5,999 bases of DNA from assembly GCF_006345805.1 (NCBI RefSeq), contig NW_021829515.1, positions 1-5,999 on the forward strand, in the 5' to 3' direction. A model generated the notes under the pieces. That model ran no database searches and was not told the origin of the DNA. It saw only the letters and a program-made list of their open reading frames with translations. Within the stretch, counting starts at the first letter, position 1, and each line of letters begins with the position of its first letter. The position numbers and the translations under genes are program-made. Source of the stretch: Octopus sinensis. Lineage: Eukaryota. Of the stretch, positions 1 to 5,999 are shown one piece after another.

Positions 1-40
1 CGTTATCCTTTGGTGAACCGCTAACTTATTTTATTGCATA

Positions 41-197
41 CGACTCCAGTGCTCAACTGGTACTTACTTCATTGACTCCGAAAAGATGAACGTCAAAGTC
101 GACATCGGCGGAATTTGAACTCAGAATATAGCGATGGGCGAAATACCGCTAAGTATTTCGCCGAATGTGCTAACGATTCTGCCAGCTCGCAGCCTTA
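41..197 (-). mobile_element. tRNA-derived SINE, 5' portion (head plus central domain), 3'-truncated
   Basis: The minus strand reads ggctgcgagctggcagaatcgttagc (A-box-like, about 169-194), then GAGTTCAAATTCC (Pol III B-box, 110-122). It continues gtcgactttgacgttcatcttttcggagtcaatgaagtaagtaccag, which resembles the Meta/MESC-type SINE central domain (family assignment from recall, not searched). A perfect 10-bp hairpin (137-146/153-162) lies between the boxes. Confidence 0.8.
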
Positions 198-244
198 ATC
201 TTAATAATATTAACCACTACAATAACCTCTACGCCATATGCCGT

Positions 245-324
245 GGACATATTGTGTAGTGGTTAAGAGCGCGGGCTTACTAACCCCAATATTCCGAGTT
301 CGATTCCAAAGCAGTGACTTGACC

Positions 325-356
<32 letters not shown>

Positions 357-543
357 CAACAATAACAATAATAATAATAATAACATCGAAAAATACCTTA
401 GGAATGAGAACCCAGGTTCGGTATTTCCCCAGGACACCTGAAGATGGAGGAGAGTATATCGGCCGAACAACAAACAAGGTGACAAATATCCGTCGAATGT
501 AAATAATGTACATAATTCCTCATCCCTTAAATATAGAACTGTA
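245..543 (+). mobile_element. tRNA-headed SINE-like element with internal trinucleotide tract and unique 3' body
   Basis: A-box/D-loop-like tgtgtagtggttaagagc (253-270), anticodon-arm-like gggc-ttactaa-cccc, and B-box GAGTTCGATTCC (296-307). The acceptor and T stems pair poorly, so this is not a functional tRNA. It is followed by a microsatellite and a unique segment at 384-543. The 3' boundary is approximate. Confidence 0.65.
322..384. repeat. Compound trinucleotide microsatellite (ACC)n(AAC)n(AAT)n
   Basis: Directly visible; stays in one 3-nt phase. Confidence 0.97.
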
Positions 544-793
544 TTAATAATAACGATCATTTTCACCACTCCACTCTTTAATTGGCTGTCTCATAAATAG
601 ATTCGATAACTGGGTCATTCTCGCCCTTCCTTTTATTTGTTTTTCCTCAACTGACTCATAAATATACTTCATAAATATCCTTATTTCAACAAAATGATTA
701 TCATGTCAGCTGAATAGGAACAGATTATTAAAGTTGCTCCTAATATTAAAACAGCGAAATTCCATTTAAAAGGAACATCATGACAACATGTAA

Positions 794-836
794 ACACACA
801 CACATTCACACACACACACACTCACTCACACACACA
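794..836. repeat. Imperfect (CA)n microsatellite
   Basis: Directly visible. Confidence 0.95.
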
Positions 837-839
837 TAT

Positions 840-980
840 TCTTTTATCCTTTTATTCTTTTATTTATTTCACTTACTTGACTGCGGCCATGCTGGAGCAC
901 CGGCTTAAAGGTTTTTCTTGTCGAAGAACTCGACCCCAGAACATACTCTTCGTGAGTTTAGTACTTAGTATTCTATCAGG
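840..980 (-). mobile_element. 3' fragment of a SINE-like interspersed repeat
   Basis: The minus strand reads ...tgctccagcatggccgcagtcaagtaagtgaaataaataaaagaataaaaggataaaag, a conserved-looking 3' end followed by a short A-rich tandem tail. I recall this motif from an abundant octopus SINE; this was not verified by search. No tRNA head is visible. Confidence 0.55.
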
Positions 981-996
981 AGTATTCTAAATTGTA

Positions 997-1115
997 ATTG
1001 GATGTCCATTTAGTGGTCATCCCTTATTATACGCATGTATTACAATTTTTCTGAATTTTCAGATTTTTTAAATTGATATTAATTAAATTAATATTCAATT
1101 TATCACCTTCATTAT
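997..1115 (+). repeat. Direct repeat copy 1 (119 bp)
   Basis: attggatgtcca...tttatcaccttcattat matches 1507-1646 except for 3 substitutions, a 1-nt indel and a 22-nt indel. Confidence 0.97.
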
Positions 1116-1304
1116 TTAAATTTTAAATAATTATGTTCTCTAACCGGCAACATTAGCTGCAGTGAATTATCTACTGCGAAACTGTTTCCGGGATTTAGCG
1201 CGCCAGAACTTAAACATTTGAAAATAACCCCAATGTAATCGGTAGAACTATGCACACATCTAATTTTATAAGGACAACTAGTGTATAGTTCTACAAACTA
1301 TATT

Positions 1305-1392
1305 GAATTAGAACGATCGTACTGAAGAGTCCACGGACGAGAAATTACGTAAGCAATTATCGGTAATGACGAAACTGGTCTACGATTAATTC
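1305..1392 (+). ncRNA. Type I hammerhead ribozyme with minimal helix III
   Basis: Stem I atcgta (1316-1321)/tacgat (1381-1386), extended by gaatta (1305-1310)/taattc (1387-1392) across a 5-nt bulge. Core CUGAAGA (1322-1328). Stem II gtc (1329-1331)/gac (1368-1370). GAAA (1371-1374). Minimal stem III C-UG-G. GUC triplet with predicted cleavage after 1380. Confidence 0.85.
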
Positions 1393-1506
1393 TGTATTTT
1401 GTATACTTTCATCTGCCTTACCCGCTTATGTTCTGGTGTTTGCTTAATTTTTCTAGAGAACATTCTTTCCTTTGTAGTTAGATCGTAGGTGATCTTCTTC
1501 TAGCAT

Positions 1507-1641
1507 ATTGGATGTCCACTTAGTGGTCATCCCTATTATACGCATGTATTACAATTTTTCTGAATTTTCAGATTTTTCTATATGCTACGCTACTGGTTTT
1601 AAATTGATATTAATTGAATTAATATTCAATTTATCACCCTC

Positions 1642-1646
<5 letters not shown>
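1507..1646 (+). repeat. Direct repeat copy 2 (140 bp)
   Basis: Second copy of 997-1115. It has an extra ctatatgctacgctactgg between T-runs and ends in a (TA)n tract. Confidence 0.97.
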
Positions 1647-1690
<44 letters not shown>

Positions 1691-1725
1691 ATATATTTAT
1701 ATATATATACATATACATATACATA
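1644..1725. repeat. Compound (TA)n(TG)n(TA)n(CATATA)n microsatellite
   Basis: Directly visible. Confidence 0.95.
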
Positions 1726-1849
1726 CTATTACTTCATCCAGAATGTTCAACTATTTCTAAGATGCTAGGGTAAAATTTGAAGGTGACTTGGCTACTAATT
1801 ATAGCAGGACGAGTCATCGCGTGGAGATTTCCTGGTTGGCTCATGCAAT

Positions 1850-3128
1850 TCTGGTTGGTGATGGTAGTAGTGGTGTCGGTGGTGGTGGTGTTGGTTGCGA
1901 ACATGTTGTTGGTGGTGGTGGTGATGGTGCTGGCTATTTTGGTAATAGTACTGGTGATGATGTCGGTGATGGTGTTGTTGGCGGTGGTTGTGGTGGTAGT
2001 GTGTTGCTTGTGGTGTTGGTGATGTTGGTAGTGATGATGTAATGGTAAGGATGTCGTGCTGCGGGTGGTGTTGCTGTTGGTGGATTTGGTTTGGAGATGA
2101 TGTTAGTGTTGATGTTGGCGACGGTGCTGGTGATGTTGTGGAGGTAATGGGGGTTGTAGTGTTGCATTTTTGAGAGGTGGAGACGAAGCTGGTGACGCTG
2201 ATGCTTCTGTTGTAGTTGTTCTTGGGGTGGGGGTGGCGGCGGCGGCGGCGGCGATGGTCATAGTGGCGGTGGTAGTGTTGGTGGTATCGGTATTGGTACT
2301 GGTCGCGGCCGTGTTGGTGATAGGGATATAATTTGTGCTGGTAGCTGTGGAGCGGTGTTGGGGATGGTAGTGTTAGTGGTGGTGGTGATGGTGAATTTGT
2401 TGGTGGTGTTGATAATGGCGGTGGTGGTGGTAGTGGTGGTGATTGAAATGTTGATGGTGATGCTGGTTGTAAGGGTGGCGGTGGTGATTGTGAAGATGGT
2501 GGCGGTGATGATGGTGATGTTGGTAGCGGTGATGGTGTTGCTGTTGATGGTGATGGTGGTGTTGTTGATGGTAGCGGTGTTGGTGGTGGTGGTGGTGATG
2601 GTGGTAGCATTGATGATAGTGGTAGTGATGGTGGTGGCGGCGATTAGGTTCCTTTTGGAGATGAAGATGACGTTTTTTCTACTTTGAAATGTCACCAATA
2701 TAGTCGTTGATAGCGATGGTGGAGGCGGTTGTTGTGGAGATAGTGGTGGTGATGGCGATGGTGTTGCAGCCTGTGTTGCAGCCTGTGCTGCAGTATAGGT
2801 GGTTGGTGGAAGTAGGGGGGCGGGACGGTGGTGTCTTCCTTGCTACTCGAGATGTCGTTGTTGCAGTTAATGGTTACACCGTTATTGTTGCTACCGTTGT
2901 TAATGGTAGTGGTGGTGGTGATGTTGGTAGTGTTGGTAGTGTTGGTGGTGTTGGTGTTGGTGGTGATGGAGGTGGTGGTAGTGGTGGTGGTGGTGGAGGT
3001 GGTCGCGGTGGTGGTGGTCGCGGTGGTAGTGATGGATGCCGTAAATGGAAGCGCTAGCGTTTTTCTTAGCATTCAAGATTTCATTCATATTGCTGTTGTT
3101 GTTGGTGGTGGTAGTGGTGGGGGTCATG

Positions 3129-3130
<2 letters not shown>
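1850..3130. repeat. Degenerate trinucleotide low-complexity region (GGT/GAT/GTT/GGC)
   Basis: G/T-rich plus strand with 3-nt periodicity. Stop codons interrupt all frames, and the translations are homopolymeric (V, G, T, P, H). Confidence 0.9.
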
Positions 3131-3201
<71 letters not shown>

Positions 3202-3256
3202 TATTATTTATTATTTTATTAATTATTATTCTTATTATTTCATCATCATCATCATC

Positions 3257-3330
<74 letters not shown>

Positions 3331-3440
3331 GTATTATCATCATCATCATCATCATCATCATCATTATTATTATTATTATTATTATTAGTAGTAGTATTAG
3401 TAGTAGTAGTGGTAGTATTAAAGGTGGTGGTGGTGGAGGT
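3131..3440. repeat. Alternating (ATT)n/(ATC)n/(AGT)n/(GGT)n microsatellite array
   Basis: Directly visible long, nearly pure tracts. Confidence 0.97.
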
Positions 3441-3772
3441 GCAGTTGTTGATTTATCTTGTTACTCCTGATATAGTTATTGTTGTTCTTTTTCCTGCTTC
3501 TGTTGCTATTACCGTTGTGGTTGCTGATGTGGTTGTTGTGGTTGTTGTTGATGATGATGTTGTTGTTGGTGGTGGTGGTAGTGGCTTGTGGTGCTTTCCT
3601 TGTTAATGGCGATATTTCTGATGCTTTTTCCTCGGTTATTCTTGCTGACATTATTGTTGTCGTTTCTAACCGTTGTAATTGCTTTTGTTATCGCTGTTGT
3701 TGTTGTTGTTGCTGCTGCTGCTGCTGCTGCTGTTGTTGTTGTTGTTGCTCTTGTTGTTGTTGTTGTTGTTGA
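3441..3772. repeat. (GTT)n/(GCT)n low-complexity region
   Basis: Degenerate GTT repeats ending in near-pure (GTT)n(GCT)n(GTT)n at about 3695-3771. Confidence 0.92.
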
Positions 3773-3904
3773 CGTGTAGTAAATCACCAATCATAAACAC
3801 AGTTGAAAGCTAAAGATGTTCTCACCGTTCCCGCCTGTCCGCCATTTTCCAAAAGTCACCTCATTAAGCTAATAAGGTGTTTACAGAGGATTCTCGCTAT
3901 AGGA

Positions 3905-4098
3905 ACACGTACACGCTGGCACATACACACGCACACGTACATACACATTATGTGTATCTATACACACACACACACATATATATATATACTTAGGCACACA
4001 CACATACGCACACATACACATTCACACAAGCACACATATGCGGATATGTGCATGTGTATATATGTATATACAGTCATACACAGTCCGACATATATATG

Positions 4099-4144
<46 letters not shown>

Positions 4145-4516
4145 TATAGATATATATATATACATATGTATAGTATACATACCATACATACATACATACA
4201 CACCTGCATACATACATACATACATACATACAAACATACATACATACATACATACATACATACATACATACATACACAACGGCATAGACACACACAGTTA
4301 AAGAAAGACGTATACACAGAATTACAAGCGCATAGAACCCTCCACGCACACATATATCTTCAAATACACATAGAACCATACAGATATAAATACACATAAA
4401 CACACGCGCAGAGATACAAATGGCCGCCGATTATACGCATTTACAAAAGACATGTACAAGAAAATACACTCATACAGTCGCGTATACGCACATACATGCA
4501 TACACACATACAACCT

Positions 4517-4569
<53 letters not shown>

Positions 4570-4594
4570 GCATACACACACGCGCGCACATATA
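3905..4594. repeat. Compound (CA)n/(TA)n/(TACA)n microsatellite region
   Basis: (TA)n at about 4104-4160, (TACA)n at about 4175-4275 and (CA)n at about 4519-4565, within degenerate alternating purine-pyrimidine sequence. Confidence 0.95.
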
Positions 4595-4718
4595 CAGGGT
4601 GCGGTGAATAAATTGTCGTCTAACTTACGCAAAGATGAAAATAATGCTGACATCTTATTTTAACAGATATATTTACCAAAATTACATAAAAATATCTTGA
4701 AATAGTAAAAGAGTAAAT

Positions 4719-5414
4719 TTATTCAATAAAATCGCCATTAGCTTCGACCACGGCCTCCAGACGACTTCGGAATCTCCTGCAACTCTTCTGGACAGTCTCC
4801 TTGTTTAAGTTGGTGAATGCTGTCATAATCCTTGCCTTCAACTTCAAGCTTGGTGTTGCAAGAAGTTTTGTTGGTCTCTGCTCAACTGCTCCGCATATAT
4901 AATAATCAAGGGGTTGCAGTCTGGAGAGTAGGATGGCCAGATGCTAGGGGTCATGTGGTCGCAGAAACTGTCTGACAGCTCTGATTGGGTTCTCCTGATT
5001 GCGTGGCATGGTGCAGACTCCTGTTTCCAGACATAGGCTCTTCCAGCAGCCACCCACTTGACCCAGGGACTTCAGTCACTTGATGTGGGCCTTGACTCAC
5101 ACGTGTGGTTTTTCATGTATGCGACGTCTGACCAATAAGTATCCAGACTGTAGCCATAGTAACGAAGCTAACGAAGCTAACGAAGCCTTGACTGTGAGGC
5201 TGTGTGGGAAGATGAAGGGAGGCATAACGTCGCCGTCACTAGCGATCACTCCAAATACTATGATGTTGACTGGATGTTTGACTTTTGTCACTCTCGGCAC
5301 ATGTCCTCATATTGACACCCAAAAATTCTAACGTGCATGTATTGGAGTTTCCGGCGCGAATGCAAAGCAGTACAGCATGTTGTTTCAAATTTCTGGCAGA
5401 GTAAATTGTGTCAT
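4719..5414 (-). pseudogene. Tc1/mariner-family transposase pseudogene
   Basis: Reconstruction across frameshifts gives MTQFTLPEI/KQHAVLLCIRAGNSNTCTLEFLGVNMRT (HTH-like, ATG at 5414), a deletion near 5300, VPRVTKVKHPVNIIVFGVIASDGDVMPPFIF, PWVKWVAAGRAYVWKQESAPCH, WPSYSPDCNP/DYYICGAVE and LKARIMTAFTNLNKETVQKSCRRFRSRLEAVVEANGDFIE* (stop at 4719-4721). It contains several frameshifts, an in-frame stop and an insertion. Confidence 0.92.
5098..5184. other. 87-bp insertion in the transposase flanked by 9-bp direct repeat gccttgact
   Basis: gccttgact occurs at 5089-5097 and 5185-5193. Removing the insert and one copy restores PHSLTVKAHIK. The insert ends in (taacgaagc)x3 at 5160-5186. Confidence 0.85.
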
Positions 5415-5538
5415 GATGCTGTTTCTTTATTTTTTCACAGACAGTGCCTAACTGACGCTACATTTATGTGTAGTCGCCAAAAACAAGACACTAACAATGC
5501 ATATGCGCGAAATTCGAACTATAAAATATCGACAATTT

Positions 5539-5656
5539 ATATATATATGTATATATATAAAATATGAATTAGAGATAAAACCACTATTAGGTAACTCAAA
5601 CAGTGATAGACATAAACCAATACATAAATAACAAATAATTAATATAATTAATATAG

Positions 5657-5687
<31 letters not shown>

Positions 5688-5785
5688 AAATTCAAAATTA
5701 AATTTTTTTTATCAAAAAGTATAAAAAGAATGATAGATATAATATAATAAGTAATGAGTAAATAATAATAAAAAATTGTTTTTTA

Positions 5786-5821
<36 letters not shown>

Positions 5822-5950
5822 ATATCTTCCTTCTTTCCTGAGCGTCCAATATACTTTATTGTTCCACGTCCTCGCGTTGGTGTGTTTTTTTGTGTTTTCT
5901 TGTTTGATTAACTATATATATAGTGTTTTTTTGTGTTTTCTTGTTTGGAT

Positions 5951-5996
<46 letters not shown>

Positions 5997-5999
5997 ATA
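5539..5999. repeat. AT-rich low-complexity region with multiple (TA)n tracts
   Basis: (TA)n at about 5539-5558, 5664-5686, 5790-5825 and 5955-5999. Confidence 0.9.
5882..5964. repeat. Tandem duplication of an approximately 41-bp unit
   Basis: gtgtttttttgtgttttcttgtttg(g)attaactatatatata starts at 5882 and again at 5923, differing by one G. Confidence 0.93.

Larger units (their letters stand above)
997..1646 (+). mobile_element. Hammerhead-containing partial tandem element (Penelope pseudo-LTR-like or non-LTR retrozyme-like), period 510 bp
   Basis: Direct repeats at 997-1115 and 1507-1646 flank a non-coding, hairpin-rich interior that contains a type I hammerhead motif. No reverse transcriptase or GIY-YIG ORF is present. 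Confidence 0.7.
4595..5540 (-). mobile_element. Degenerate, internally deleted Tc1/mariner DNA transposon (DD37D/maT-like)
   Basis: The left end is TA|cagggtgcggtgaataaattgtcg (TA target plus CAGGGTG terminus). The inner TIR part ataaattgtcg (4608-4618) has a perfect inverted match cgacaatttat (5530-5540), and the outer right TIR is lost into (TA)n. Transposase remnants lie between the two ends. Confidence 0.9.

Noticed and set aside
245-320. Functional tRNA-Ser(ACT) gene
   Set aside because: The A and B boxes are present, but the acceptor, anticodon and T stems do not pair properly. ACT is also not a normal eukaryotic anticodon.
210-569. ORFs 210-569, 238-441 and 280-513
   Set aside because: They stay open because of the trinucleotide tract (poly-L/V/N/T), overlap a SINE-like element and show no protein motif.
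997-1646. Canonical LTR retroelement or TRIM
   Set aside because: No TG...CA termini, primer-binding site, polypurine tract or clear TSD. The pattern fits a partial tandem better.
1508-1768. 86-aa ORF
   Set aside because: It has a non-ATG start and runs through the repeat copy and a (TA)n tract (YIYIYI).
1777-3790. Many ORFs including the 271-aa Pro/His/Thr-rich ORF (extensin- or mucin-like)
   Set aside because: Overlapping homopolymeric ORFs on both strands are expected from stop-poor trinucleotide repeats. No frame stays open across the region and no domain is recognisable.
3803-4653. HTHT/YIYI/CMYV ORFs
   Set aside because: These are translations of di- and tetranucleotide microsatellites.
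5160-5186. CRISPR-like or iteron-like array
   Set aside because: Only three contiguous 9-mers with no spacers, in a eukaryotic context.
5080-5567. Plus-strand ORFs 5080-5331 and 5337-5567
   Set aside because: They are antisense shadows of the transposase pseudogene.

Overview
Repeat-dominated eukaryotic genomic DNA with no credible intact CDS. The microsatellite density and SINE types suggest a mollusc, probably an octopus (inference from recall, not a search). From left to right: (1) two head-to-head tRNA-derived SINE-like elements (about 41-197 on -, about 245-543 on +), the second with a possible decayed hammerhead core; (2) a third SINE-like fragment (about 840-980); (3) a 510-bp-period partial tandem element (997-1646) that is rich in hairpins and contains an apparently complete type I hammerhead ribozyme (1305-1392, + strand), resembling a Penelope pseudo-LTR or non-LTR retrozyme, which is the most interesting object here; (4) about 1.9 kb of trinucleotide low-complexity sequence and about 0.7 kb of compound di/tetranucleotide microsatellite, which account for most of the spurious ORFs; (5) an internally deleted, frameshifted Tc1/mariner element of DD37D (maT) type (4595-5540, -) carrying an 87-bp insertion flanked by a 9-bp duplication; (6) an AT-rich microsatellite tail.
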